Part shown: positions 38,270-48,179 of the stretch, one piece after another
Layout: each line of letters begins with the position of its first letter
Numbering within the stretch: position 1 is the stretch's first letter
Notes under the pieces: model-generated
The model's database searches: none
The model's input: the letters and a program-made list of their open reading frames with translations, nothing else
What the model was told of the DNA's origin: nothing
Source of the DNA: Pirellulaceae bacterium
Lineage (GTDB): Bacteria; Planctomycetota; Planctomycetia; Pirellulales; Pirellulaceae
Assembly (NCBI GenBank): GCA_963851305.1
Contig: CAWKOT010000011.1
Span: 329,716 to 393,715 of the forward strand
Length of the DNA stretch: 64,000 nucleotides
Direction: 5' to 3'
Position numbers and translations under genes: made by a program

Positions 38270-40171
38270 TCAGCCCCGCAGAGGCCAGATCCAGGGAATC
38301 AGGATCAGGCTGGTGATCGAAACCGCCAGCGAAATCGGCCAGCCCATACGGAAATAGTCACTGGGCCGGTAGCCGGCCGGACCCATAACCATCAAATTGG
38401 TCTGGTAACCAATGGGGGTCAGAAATGCCAGCGATGCCGCCATGGTGACTGCCATCACAAACGGCCGGGGATCACAACCGCTTTCCCAGGCAACCGACGC
38501 GGCCAGCGGCAACATCATCGCGGCCACGGCGGCATTGGAAATGGCTTCCGTACAGGCCATGGACAGCAGATAGACCACAACCAGCATAAGGTGTGGGTTA
38601 TTGCCCACCAGGTCGACAAACGTCTGAGCGATGGCGCGGGCCGCGCCGCTTTGATGAAGGGCGGCGCCCAGGCCAATCGAAGCGGCAATGGTAAACAACA
38701 TCTGCAGATCAATCGAGTTTCGTGCTTCGGAGATCCGCAAGCACCGCGTTCCGACCATCAGCCCCGCCATCGTCACGGCCGCCACGGCTACCGAGGAAAG
38801 ACTGGCGAAGGGCCCTTCACGATCAATAAAATTCGCGGCCACCAGCCACAGGATCATGATCGCGGACAGTGCCGCTGCCAACGGCAACTTGTGATATCGC
38901 AGGGGCTCGGATCCTTCGACGCCGCTGACCAGGTAGAAGTCGCGGTGATTCCGATACTGGGCAACAAAGTCGCTTCGCGTCTGCAATAACAGCGTATCGC
39001 CCGGCTCCAGTCGAATGCTTCCCAGCTTGGTCGTCACCCGTTGACCACTTCGATGTACGGCAACGACCGCCGCGTTGTACATCCGTCGAAAATTAGCTTC
39101 TCGCAGCGTGCGACCAATCAATGGTGAGGATCGGGAAAGAACGACTTCAGTCAATCGTCGCTGTTGACGGGAAACGGGATCGCTGTCGTACATCAAATCG
39201 GCCGTGGGAACGAGCCCCGGTATTTTCTCCAGATCGACGATCGTGTTGACGACGCCGGTGAATACCAGCCGGTCATCAATCTGAATCACGTGGTGCGGGG
39301 CCACCGGAGTCAACACGTCTCCCTCGCGATCGATTTCGATCAGAAATAAACCAGGCAATTGCCTCAAACCGGCACTCTCCACGGTCTTGCCGGCCAGTGG
39401 ACAGGTTGAGGTCACCTGCAATTCCACCAGGTACTCACGGCGGTGGATCCCAAAGTCCTCCACCACCTCTTTTCGTTCCGCAATCAATCGGCGCCCGACG
39501 AACCACAAGGCAATGCCGCCGGCGATCGCGCAGGGCAGGCCGACGTAGCCGGGTTCCAGAAAGGTCAGGGGTCGCAGACTTTCAATAAACGATGCGAAGG
39601 GTTGCTGACCCTTTTCGATAAGTGGAGCCAAATTCTGCTGTTCCACATAAAACGATTGCAGTTGCCGCAACTGTCCCTGGATGACGAGAGTCGTGCTGGT
39701 CCCAATCAAAGTGCAGACACCGCCCAGGATGGAAAGGTAGCTGATCGGCATCAACAACCGCGAAGGAGAAATGTTCCGGCGGCGGCACCAGTCCAGTACC
39801 ACCGGCATCAACATCGCCACCAATGCGGTATTCAATACGAACGCCGAGGCCGATATCAATACCGGCGTCAACCGTCGCAGCGCACTCCGTTCGTCGTTGG
39901 CCGATCCCAGTAATTTGCGTCCCAGCCAATCCAACACGCCCGCCGATCGCAACCCGGCTGATACCACCAACAATCCCGCGATGGCGATCACGGCTGGATT
40001 CGAAAAACCGCTAAATGCCGTTTCCGGACTGATAATTCCCGCCAAGGTCACCAACATCAGGCCGCCGAGAAAAATCAGATCCGACGGACCGCCCCGACTG
40101 TATTGCAAGGCAACAAAGACCGCGATGATGACCGCAACCGATATCCAGGGGTAAAAATCGACAGGGACCAT
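38270..40171 (-). CDS. SLC13/DASS-family anion permease with two central TrkA-C domains
   Basis: About 12 TM segments arranged as two inverted halves, flanking two cytoplasmic TrkA-C-like regions (EVVLSRSSPLIGRTLREANFRRMYNAAVVAVHRSGQRV and LVELQVTSTCPLAGKTVESAGL). Start trimmed to MVPVDFYPW. Confidence 0.7.
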   Translation of the reverse strand: MVPVDFYPWISVAVIIAVFVALQYSRGGPSDLIFLGGLMLVTLAGIISPETAFSGFSNPAVIAIAGLLVVSAGLRSAGVLDWLGRKLLGSANDERSALRRLTPVLISASAFVLNTALVAMLMPVVLDWCRRRNISPSRLLMPISYLSILGGVCTLIGTSTTLVIQGQLRQLQSFYVEQQNLAPLIEKGQQPFASFIESLRPLTFLEPGYVGLPCAIAGGIALWFVGRRLIAERKEVVEDFGIHRREYLVELQVTSTCPLAGKTVESAGLRQLPGLFLIEIDREGDVLTPVAPHHVIQIDDRLVFTGVVNTIVDLEKIPGLVPTADLMYDSDPVSRQQRRLTEVVLSRSSPLIGRTLREANFRRMYNAAVVAVHRSGQRVTTKLGSIRLEPGDTLLLQTRSDFVAQYRNHRDFYLVSGVEGSEPLRYHKLPLAAALSAIMILWLVAANFIDREGPFASLSSVAVAAVTMAGLMVGTRCLRISEARNSIDLQMLFTIAASIGLGAALHQSGAARAIAQTFVDLVGNNPHLMLVVVYLLSMACTEAISNAAVAAMMLPLAASVAWESGCDPRPFVMAVTMAASLAFLTPIGYQTNLMVMGPAGYRPSDYFRMGWPISLAVSITSLILIPWIWPLRG

Positions 40172-40639
40172 CAGCGTTACCGTTCCAGGGCGAATGAGCG
40201 CGGGTTTGTGACTTCTTTTTTCATCAGCGAATCCGATGCGGTGATTTTCGCGAAGAATATGCGGGTAGCAAGATGAGGCAGTCGGTTGGCAGCCACCAGG
40301 AATTGTTGGAGAATGAGGGCATGTGCGAATCAAATGATCAGAATTCCGGATCCCCACCACTGCCTCGGCCGCGGAAATTACCTGCCGAAAAGATTCAAAC
40401 CAGTATCGATTTGGAACGTTGGCTGGATCAGGAATTGAAGAATCTGGAATCCCGCTGGAGCAGCTTCTGCAGCCCTCAGTCGCTCCTCGACGCCCTTCCC
40501 GTAAATCAGCGTTGGAAGTGAGGGCGGGACTGGCGGGCATGATGGCTGGATTCCCGCAGTTAGCCTGCCAGAACTCGTTGCCATGAGACCAAAGCTGTCA
40601 TGTCGCGAGAATTACGTTCCGTGCCCGAAACGCTCTGGA

Positions 40640-41641
40640 TCAGCCGGCACCAGCAATCGGACCAATGTCGGACCGATTCACAATATGTTCGGGCAGACCG
40701 CCCTGCAGTCGAACCAACACCTGGGTTGCCACCCGCGTCCGCAATTGCTGAATGGATTCCCGGGAATAAAACGCGGCGTGCGGTGTCACGATGACCCGCG
40801 GATCGCGATACAAAGGCAAGCTCAGATCGGGCGGTTCCGGTTCCTGGACGTCCAACGCAGCGCCGGCAATTTCGTCTTCCGTCAGTGCCATCCAAAGCTC
40901 GTCGTGATTGATGATGCCACCTCGCGCGGTGTTGATCAGGTAAGCACTGCGTTTCATGGCTCTGAATTCGTTCAGGCCCAACAGGTGCCGGGTCGATTCG
41001 GTCAGCGGCACGTGTAGCGAGACGTAATCGCTGTCTCGCAATAACTGTGGCAGCGACACGTTGGCCACTCCCGGTAATGGATCCCGGACCGATCGCGAGC
41101 AGGCGACCACCTGCATGCCAATTCCCCGGCATTTTTCCGCCAGGCGACGCCCGATATGACCGAAGCCGACAATACCGACAGTCTGATCCTGAATACGTCG
41201 GAGCGACGGTCCGCTTTGCAGATCGTAGATGCCACCTTTGGTCTGTTCGTGATAGAACGCGATCTTCCGCCCCAGTGCCAGAATTAACGCCAACGCATGC
41301 TCCGCGACTTCCGTCACGCAATAGTCTGGAACATTGGTCACTGGAATGTTGTGGTTTGAGCAATAATCCACATCAATGTTATCCAGACCGACTCCGTATC
41401 TCGCCACGATCTGGCAACGGCCGGATGCGGAGATCACCCGGGATGTCGTCTGGGCCCAGTTGGTCATGATGGCATCCACGTCAGCGGCCAACGTGGCCAA
41501 TTCGTCCGGGTCACTATTTTGCGCAACGACCAATTCAATTCCATGTGGAGCAAGGATCTCACGCTCGACGTCCAGATCCGGCCAGGCATAATCGGTAATC
41601 AGTGCTTTTTTCGTCATGGCCTTCTTTGTCGGAAGTGTCAA
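40640..41641 (-). CDS. D-isomer-specific 2-hydroxyacid dehydrogenase (PGDH/glyoxylate-reductase-like)
   Basis: NAD-binding motif GIVGFGHIGRRLAEK. Catalytic R/E/H region (TARGGII...D...HAAFYS). Confidence 0.8.
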   Translation of the reverse strand: MTLPTKKAMTKKALITDYAWPDLDVEREILAPHGIELVVAQNSDPDELATLAADVDAIMTNWAQTTSRVISASGRCQIVARYGVGLDNIDVDYCSNHNIPVTNVPDYCVTEVAEHALALILALGRKIAFYHEQTKGGIYDLQSGPSLRRIQDQTVGIVGFGHIGRRLAEKCRGIGMQVVACSRSVRDPLPGVANVSLPQLLRDSDYVSLHVPLTESTRHLLGLNEFRAMKRSAYLINTARGGIINHDELWMALTEDEIAGAALDVQEPEPPDLSLPLYRDPRVIVTPHAAFYSRESIQQLRTRVATQVLVRLQGGLPEHIVNRSDIGPIAGAG

Positions 41642-41704
41642 CTAGCTGCCCATCGTAGGTGACACTTTGCGGCCACACAACAACCTGGTGTTTCGTTCTG
41701 GATT

Positions 41705-41815
41705 CGCACGACGATAGACAGCCGCAGCGCAAGCAAGTGCATCCTTCGAGTGGATCTGTCGTTAGGCCGTTGCCGCTGCATCGGGCTGGTACCAAGAACA
41801 TGAATGCTGAAAGTG
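41705..41815 (+). ncRNA. structured leader element, copy 1 (upstream of the DUF4105-like gene)
   Basis: A segment of about 110 nt (GCAGCGCAAGCAAGTGCATCCTTCGAGTGGATC...GCCGTTGCCGCTGCATCGGGCTGGTACCA...). It shares roughly 85% identity with 42958-43070 and has nested stems. Confidence 0.4.
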
Positions 41816-41953
41816 CTTTAAACGGACTCGCCTGAAGTATGCAGACGTTGTAAACCCAAATCGAGCTACAATCCGACCTGAAAACGGCATAACTTGAGGA
41901 CTCGCAGTAGTTCTCGGGGTGGGACCGGAGAGCGGTTTTCCTAAAATATCGGG

Positions 41954-42934
41954 ATGGAAATTCTGTTGTACCTGCTGTGGTTACTGTCCGTTGTCTATCT
42001 GTTGGTCATTGGCGTGTGGACTACCGGTGCTCTGTATTTTGATGCCGGGCACCGTGGGCTCGCCGGTTGGTTGTGGCTTATTACCTGGGTCGTAGTCGTG
42101 GTGGCGACGCTTACGTTCGTACAACCCTACTGGTTGGCGGTCGTCGTCATCACGATACTTTTCGTGTGTGTGTTGGCCTGGTGGCTGTCGCTGAAGCCTT
42201 CTCACCATCGAGCCTGGGATCCTAACTTTTCCGAGCTTCCGCGGATCGTGCTGGAGGGAGACCTGATCCAGGTGCAAAACGTCAGAAACACGAGATACCG
42301 ATCGCTGCAGGATTACGACGTACGTTACGAGGATCGCGAATACCGATTGTCGAATTTGAGAGGCGTGGACGGGTTGATTCTGTACTGGGGCAGCAATTTG
42401 ATGAGCCATCCCATGGTCATCTTCGATTTTGGCGACGATGGGCATCTCTGTTTTTCGATCGAGGTTCGTTATCGCGCGAACGGCAAATACGAATTGATCC
42501 CCAGTCTCTACCGCCAGAACGAATTGATGTACGTCGTCAGCGATGAAAGGGACGCCATCCTGCGTCGTTCCAAGTACTCGGCTAATCACGATTGCTACCT
42601 TTATCGGATGCAGACCCAGGACATTCACAATATCGAATTGTTGATGGACTACATTGATCAAGTGAATCAGATATTCGATCAGCCACGCTGGTACAACGCC
42701 GTCGCCGCCAACTGTACGACATCGATCTATCGTCAGAGAAACGAGCATTCGAACTGGGATTGGCGAATCCTCTTCAACGGGGCGATGGATCGGATGTTGT
42801 ACGAATGGGGTCGGTTTTACCAGGGGATGCCGTTCGATGAATTGAAACAGAAAAGCTGGATCAACGATCGCGCCAATTCGGCCGATGAAAATAATTTCAG
42901 CGAAACCATCCGCTCAGGCCTGCCGGGGTTCTAA
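41954..42934 (+). CDS. DUF4105-like (Lnb N-terminal periplasmic domain family) membrane protein
   Basis: Three N-terminal TM helices, then a conserved region (VQNVRNTRYRS..DYDVRYEDREYRLSNLRGVDGLILYWGS...CFSIEVRY...YELIPSLYRQNELMYVVSDERDAILRRS...NCTTSIYRQ). The family assignment is from memory. Confidence 0.5.
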   Translation: MEILLYLLWLLSVVYLLVIGVWTTGALYFDAGHRGLAGWLWLITWVVVVVATLTFVQPYWLAVVVITILFVCVLAWWLSLKPSHHRAWDPNFSELPRIVLEGDLIQVQNVRNTRYRSLQDYDVRYEDREYRLSNLRGVDGLILYWGSNLMSHPMVIFDFGDDGHLCFSIEVRYRANGKYELIPSLYRQNELMYVVSDERDAILRRSKYSANHDCYLYRMQTQDIHNIELLMDYIDQVNQIFDQPRWYNAVAANCTTSIYRQRNEHSNWDWRILFNGAMDRMLYEWGRFYQGMPFDELKQKSWINDRANSADENNFSETIRSGLPGF

Positions 42935-42957
42935 CGCCTTTCAATACTGTTTTGCAC

Positions 42958-43070
42958 GACCTACAAGCTCGCAGCGCAAGCAAGTGCATCCTTCGAGTGG
43001 ATCAGTCGGTAGGCCGTTGATGTTGCATCCGGCTGGTACCATGAACAGGAATTCTGAAAATGCTCAAAAC
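42958..43070 (+). ncRNA. structured leader element, copy 2 (upstream of cardiolipin synthase)
   Basis: Direct repeat of 41705-41815. Substitutions in the outer stem are compensatory (CGCTGC becomes TGTTGC, still pairing with GCAGCG via G-U). Confidence 0.4.
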
Positions 43071-43292
43071 CCCCGGTGGTGAGCCGTCAAAAGGTTATTT
43101 TGGTCGACGCTGGTGAATTATTCGGGAAGCCGAGACCCGCGTCTTGATTTGCAGCCTGAGCCTGAACTGGACAGGGCCCTGTCTGCAGGTCAACGATGCA
43201 GGATACCGGGCCGCAAACGTTGGGGGTGCAATCGCATTTGGATAGACTGAACGGTGATAAGTCGACTCGACGTGTGAAATGGTAAAGCGGTC

Positions 43293-44717
43293 ATGGCAAC
43301 TTTTCTTGGATTGACGTATCTGCTCCTGGAGATCGCATCGCTCGTGGCCGCCGGTCATGCCGTGTTATCCAGTCGGACGCCACAGGGCTCCATCGCCTGG
43401 GTGGTGGCGCTGCTCTCGTTGCCCCTCATCAGCCTGCCGCTATATCTGGTTTTCGGGCGGAGTCGATTCCACGGGCTGGTGAATCTGAGACGTGCGGACG
43501 ACGCTAAATTGGACGAGATCTTTGATGCGGCACAATCAAACGCCCGGGAATTCATTGATCGACGCGTCGACGAACTGGGGGATGCCCAGGTACTGACCAA
43601 GTTGTGCCATGTTCCATTCCTGCGTGCCAATGACACCCGACTTCTGGTCGACGGTGAACAGACGTTTGAAACCATCTTTGCAACGATTGGCCGAGCCGAA
43701 AGCTATGTGCTGGCCGAGTTTTTTATCGTCAAGGATGATCAGCTGGGGCGGGAGTTTCAAGCGGCGCTGATCGCCGCAGCACGTCGTGGCTGCCAGGTGT
43801 ATCTGCTGTTTGATGAAGTCGGGTCGCAGGGAATCAGTAAACGATATGTCAGGGAGTTGGAGGAAGCTGGAATTCGAGTCTCAGGCGTCAGATCGACGGG
43901 AGGAAGCTGGGTCAACCGATTCCAGTTGAATTTTCGTAATCATCGCAAGATTGTGGTCGTGGACGGCTTTGTCTCTTTCGTTGGTGGTCTGAATGTCGGT
44001 GATGAGTACGTACATCGTTCGCAACGATTGACCCCTTGGCGTGATACTCATATGCGGATTGAGGGGCCCGCGACTCTGGCCGTCCAGCTGGCTTTTGTCG
44101 AAGACTGGTTGTGGGCGACGCGCGAGATCCTGAAATTGAACTGGTTCGCCCGTGAAGCGGAGAACGCCGACCGCACGCTGCTGGTCCTGCCCAGCGGTCC
44201 GGATGATGACTTTGAAACCTGCGGCCTGTTTTTTAACCACGCCATCAATTCCGCCAGGTCGCGGATCTGGATCGCCAGCCCGTATTTTGTACCCGATGCC
44301 GGGATCATCAATGCACTGCAGCTGGCCGCCATGCGGGGGGTGGATGTTCGGATCCTGATTCCCGGTCTGGCGGACAAATGGTACGTCAAGGCCGCTGCCA
44401 TGACGTTCGTTCCCGAGGTCGGCCAGGCGGGAGTCAAGATGTACGAATACGGAGACGGCTTCCTGCATCAGAAGGTCGTGCTGGTGGACGATTTGGTTTC
44501 CGTGATCGGGACTGCGAATTTTGACAATCGTTCGTTTCGATTGAATTTCGAGATCTCGATTGTCACCATCGACAAGGCGTTCAATGGCGAAGTGGAACGG
44601 ATGCTGGAGAAAGACTTTGCCAAATCAAAACCGATCGACTTGGACGAATTGAAGACACGCGGTCTGTTCTTCAAGATCAAAAGTCGCGTTTCCCGCCTGT
44701 TTGCCCCGGTCCTTTAG
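43293..44717 (+). CDS. cls: cardiolipin synthase (PLD superfamily, two HKD motifs)
   Basis: N-terminal TM pair. HKD motifs HRKIVVVDG and HQKVVLVDD, each followed by GTANFDNRS-like segments. Confidence 0.85.
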   Translation: MATFLGLTYLLLEIASLVAAGHAVLSSRTPQGSIAWVVALLSLPLISLPLYLVFGRSRFHGLVNLRRADDAKLDEIFDAAQSNAREFIDRRVDELGDAQVLTKLCHVPFLRANDTRLLVDGEQTFETIFATIGRAESYVLAEFFIVKDDQLGREFQAALIAAARRGCQVYLLFDEVGSQGISKRYVRELEEAGIRVSGVRSTGGSWVNRFQLNFRNHRKIVVVDGFVSFVGGLNVGDEYVHRSQRLTPWRDTHMRIEGPATLAVQLAFVEDWLWATREILKLNWFAREAENADRTLLVLPSGPDDDFETCGLFFNHAINSARSRIWIASPYFVPDAGIINALQLAAMRGVDVRILIPGLADKWYVKAAAMTFVPEVGQAGVKMYEYGDGFLHQKVVLVDDLVSVIGTANFDNRSFRLNFEISIVTIDKAFNGEVERMLEKDFAKSKPIDLDELKTRGLFFKIKSRVSRLFAPVL

Positions 44718-44827
44718 GCGGTCCGATGTTCTTCGTTGACGATTGGCACCGAACCGACTTGTATTGGCTATAATTGGCCGGTGCGATAATCGTTCCTGAT
44801 CCAACTATCTGTTTCCTGGAGCCAATC

Positions 44828-45988
44828 ATGTTTCGTTTTTCGGCATCGATTTGTCTGTTGAGCGTCTTGTCACTTGCTGCCGTTTCCGTGGTTTGCGGAA
44901 TGCCAGGCAGTCCGATAATTCATGCTGGAATCCTGGCAGGTAGCGGGCAGCAGCAAGACGATTCGCAAAAGACATCCAAATCCGAATCCGTCGCTACGAT
45001 CCGTTTTGTTTCCGAGGACACGCAGCAGTTGTTCGTCATTCGACCCGCAAAAATTCTGGCCAGCAAGGATTACCGGGAACTGACCAGCAAGGCGGGCGAC
45101 GATTTGGGCCGGTTCGTCAATCGACTGAACAACAACTATTTCAAGTTCGGCCTTGCCAAACTGGAAGAAATTGACGCCATCGTGTTTGCGTCCTGGCCAA
45201 AAACGGAGGGGAGATACTGGCCGCGACACGACACGTTGATTCTCCGTACAGCGAAACGCCATGCGGATGGTTTCGACATGGCCACCCACGCGGTCAAGGA
45301 GGAGATTGAATTCCGGGGGGAAACGATTCTGGTCGTCAAGAAGCCTCTGAATCGTCAATTTGAATTCGCCTGGATCGCCGATGAGCAGACCATCGTCTGG
45401 GGTAACAGTCAGGAATCCGTCGCGGCCGCCATTTCGACCGGCGAGCGTGGTATTGAGTCGCAGCCCTGGTATCGATTCTGGAAGTCCGTGGCGGATGATT
45501 CCATCAGTTTCGTCTGGGTTGATCCGCAACAGGTCTTGCGGGGTGTGCCGCCGCAGTTCGCACCGCTGAAGAAGATTGAAATGGTGATCGGCGGAGTAAA
45601 GCCGGCCAGGAAAACCACGGCAATGGCCATCGGCGTCTGCCCGGATGACGAGTCGGCTCACCAGATCGTTGAAATTTCTCCGGACTTACTGAAAACGGCG
45701 AAGCAAGCTCTGGATTTGCAGCTGAAAGACACGCGTGCTTTCGAGAAGTTTCTTGTGCGCATTTTGATTGACGCCTTGGAACGAACCAAGGTAACCGCGT
45801 CAGGAAAGCTGGTGCGTGTTGAATCAACGATCACGTTTAGACCTGGACGCGTTGGTCAAGCCACTCAATGGAATGTATGCGGCTTCCAAGCGGACCGAGG
45901 CCGCCAACTACCTGCGGCAAAACGCACTTGCCTTCCACAATTTCCATTCGGCCATGGGAAAATTCCCCTCGCCGGTGATGGTGCATGA
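44828..45988 (+). CDS. secreted hypothetical protein
   Basis: Signal peptide MFRFSASICLLSVLSLAAVSVVCG. No recognisable domain. The 3' end overlaps the DUF1559 ORF in another frame. Confidence 0.4.
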   Translation: MFRFSASICLLSVLSLAAVSVVCGMPGSPIIHAGILAGSGQQQDDSQKTSKSESVATIRFVSEDTQQLFVIRPAKILASKDYRELTSKAGDDLGRFVNRLNNNYFKFGLAKLEEIDAIVFASWPKTEGRYWPRHDTLILRTAKRHADGFDMATHAVKEEIEFRGETILVVKKPLNRQFEFAWIADEQTIVWGNSQESVAAAISTGERGIESQPWYRFWKSVADDSISFVWVDPQQVLRGVPPQFAPLKKIEMVIGGVKPARKTTAMAIGVCPDDESAHQIVEISPDLLKTAKQALDLQLKDTRAFEKFLVRILIDALERTKVTASGKLVRVESTITFRPGRVGQATQWNVCGFQADRGRQLPAAKRTCLPQFPFGHGKIPLAGDGA

Positions 45989-46523
45989 AAGTGGGAAAAA
46001 GTACAGCTGGCGAATCGCCATCCTGCCCTATATCGAGCGACAGGATATCTACGACCGCTACGACTTCACTCAGGACTGGGACAGCCCCCACAATCTGGAA
46101 GTCACGTCGGAAATGCCGGATGTCTTCCGCAGTGATACCGATGACGAATCGAGCACCCATACTTCGTTTTTCATGCTCACCGGTCCCGGCGGGCTATTCG
46201 ATGGCGAAACCGCACTCGATTTTCCGCAGATCACCGACGGCAGCAGCAATACGATCATGGCAATCGAAGCCAGGCGGGACGTGCACTGGGCCAAACCGGA
46301 AGACATTGTGATTCAACCGGGTGAGCCACTACCCCCATTCGGCGGATTTCACGAAGGCGGCTTCAATGTCGCCATGGCGGACGGCTCGGTCCGGTTCATC
46401 AGCGAGGACGTGGCGGAAGAGGTGTTGAGGAAACTCTTCACAGCACAAGGAGGCGAGATCACGCAGCCGTCGGAATTGGTGCCGCCAGCGCAGCAGCTAG
46501 AGGAAGATGATCAGCTGCCGTGA
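45816..46523 (+). CDS. DUF1559 (H-X9-DG) domain protein lacking the prepilin-type N-terminal TM segment
   Basis: RTEAANYLRQNALAFHNFHSAMGKFP resembles the post-helix segment of DUF1559 proteins. The C-terminus reads HEGGFNVAMADGSVRFISEDV (H-X9-DG). No N-terminal GFTLIEL helix. Reading frame open only from 45795. Confidence 0.6.
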   Translation: MLNQRSRLDLDALVKPLNGMYAASKRTEAANYLRQNALAFHNFHSAMGKFPSPVMVHESGKKYSWRIAILPYIERQDIYDRYDFTQDWDSPHNLEVTSEMPDVFRSDTDDESSTHTSFFMLTGPGGLFDGETALDFPQITDGSSNTIMAIEARRDVHWAKPEDIVIQPGEPLPPFGGFHEGGFNVAMADGSVRFISEDVAEEVLRKLFTAQGGEITQPSELVPPAQQLEEDDQLP

Positions 46524-46775
46524 AAACGAACCTCTTCTCCGGGTTCAGGACTGATGAGTCGCCAGGCATTCCTGCCAGACAGATATTGCTCTTCAACATG
46601 TCATACCAAGTCGAAGTAGGTAGCATCCCGATACGATAGATCAGCCGACAATCCCACCAATTCCCTGCTCTCAAGTTCAATGAATTTCTGTCGTAGGTTC
46701 TTGCCGGCAAATACCGACCCATCCAATCCCGAAGTCTGGCATGAACCCGACTGGCGAAGTTGAGGCCCTTGCCGT

Positions 46776-47399
46776 CTAACGATTGTTGCCCGAACTGGAA
46801 CTGGCGAAGAAACTCTTGCCGTTGCCGACCAGCATTTCCGGGTTCCGTTCCAACTGTTGGCAGGTGATCAACGGATGGTTGATGGAAAACTGTTGATCCT
46901 GTCGGATTTGCTGGCGCGCGAATTCCTGGAACATGCGGCTGGGGTCAATGGATCCTCCCGACATGGTGCCGTTGATAGCTTGGCGGGCTGTAGACGGGTT
47001 GAGCGAACTGAACCGTTTGGCCATGTCGTCGAAAGCGGATGATCCGCCGAGTGCTTTCAGTCGTTCGCGATGGCTGTCGACCACCCGTTCGGCCCGTTCA
47101 TTCGTTTCCGCCTGTTTCAGCTCGCCAAACAACTGCACCGCATAACCCGCCTCGGCCAGCAAATCGTCGGCGGACAGAAATCCGGTGGCCGCATGAAATA
47201 TTTCGCCGGCGGGCGTCATGAAAATGGTCTGGATATTCTGTTTGCCATTGCCACGAATACATGTTCCGGCCGGTTCGCCGGGCCGGTGCCGAATCAATTG
47301 ACCGGCGGTTGGGTCCCCTTCGGTGTTGGTGTGGGTGTTGACGAATTGCTGATTGAAAAGTTGCTGAATGCGAGGATCGGAGAACGTCACGGTTCTCAT
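46776..47399 (-). CDS. hypothetical protein
   Basis: 207-aa ORF. Its frame is contiguous with the upstream 98-aa ORF and separated from it by a single in-frame TGA. Confidence 0.3.
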   Translation of the reverse strand: MRTVTFSDPRIQQLFNQQFVNTHTNTEGDPTAGQLIRHRPGEPAGTCIRGNGKQNIQTIFMTPAGEIFHAATGFLSADDLLAEAGYAVQLFGELKQAETNERAERVVDSHRERLKALGGSSAFDDMAKRFSSLNPSTARQAINGTMSGGSIDPSRMFQEFARQQIRQDQQFSINHPLITCQQLERNPEMLVGNGKSFFASSSSGNNR

Positions 47400-47414
47400 G
47401 GTGTGGCCCGCACT

Positions 47415-47925
47415 TCACATGAAACCGTTCAGGTCTCCCAGAACCCGCATCCACATTACCGGCCGATCATCCCGTTCGCCTTTAACACCGGCCGCGCTGC
47501 GGAGTGCTTGCCGGATATCCTGAGTCCAATCGATGCCATACCGTTGATAGGAAATCCGTCCGGGCTTGTATTCCCTTTTGTCGCGGGACCGAATCCTGGG
47601 GGTCTTTTCACTTTTTGAATCGTTGGATGTTTTGCTGTCCCGTTTTTTTCGGGCCACCCGCAGAACGTAACGCCTGTCAGCCGGGGACAACTGTCCCAAT
47701 TCGACATCCATGCTGGAATCATCCGCAAGAAGGATCGAGACGATTTTGTCAGCCGGTTCATACGCTGAAAAGGTCGCCTGAACCTGTTGCCCATCTTTGC
47801 TGGTCCAGGTGCGGGCTTTCGGTTGAGCCTGAACGACCTGGCAAACGCAGGCCGAGGCCGATGACGGCCAGCAGCTTACTGATCTGGACTGGATTCAACG
47901 TCGGAAACATCCTGGAGTTCGTCAT
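47415..47925 (-). pseudogene. secreted basic hypothetical protein with a frameshift between the signal peptide and the mature part
   Basis: MTNSRMFPTLNPVQISKLLAVIGLGL is a signal peptide in one frame. In the next frame, from about 47845, the ORF reads ...AQPKARTWTSKDGQQVQATFSAYEPADKIVSILLADDSSMDVELGQLSPADRRYVLRVARKKRD... down to 47415. Confidence 0.4.
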
Positions 47926-48179
47926 CTTTTTACCTCGATTCTGTTCTCTCCCTCTCCCAATTTCCAGGAGTTCGAAAGAACCTGTCGGCAGACCGAAATT
48001 GGGCTCGTTCAAGGACAAAGTCGAATGGAAACTCGTCGCGTCACCCAGGATTGATGCAAAATCGGGAATTTTTCATTTTCTTCCTGTTTGAAGCGCGAAT
48101 TCATGGCGTCCCGTTCGTTACAGACATGTGTAGTCACGATTTATGTCCTGGTCGCGTCCGATTGGAAAGGGAAAGAACC

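Noticed and set aside
38237-38989. 250-aa plus-strand ORF rich in Gln/His/Arg/Gly
   Set aside because: It is antisense to the DASS/TrkA-C transporter gene and has no motifs. A shadow ORF.
47412-47420. In-frame TGA as a selenocysteine codon
   Set aside because: No SECIS-like hairpin directly downstream and no Cys/redox motif nearby. An ordinary stop or a sequencing substitution is far more likely.
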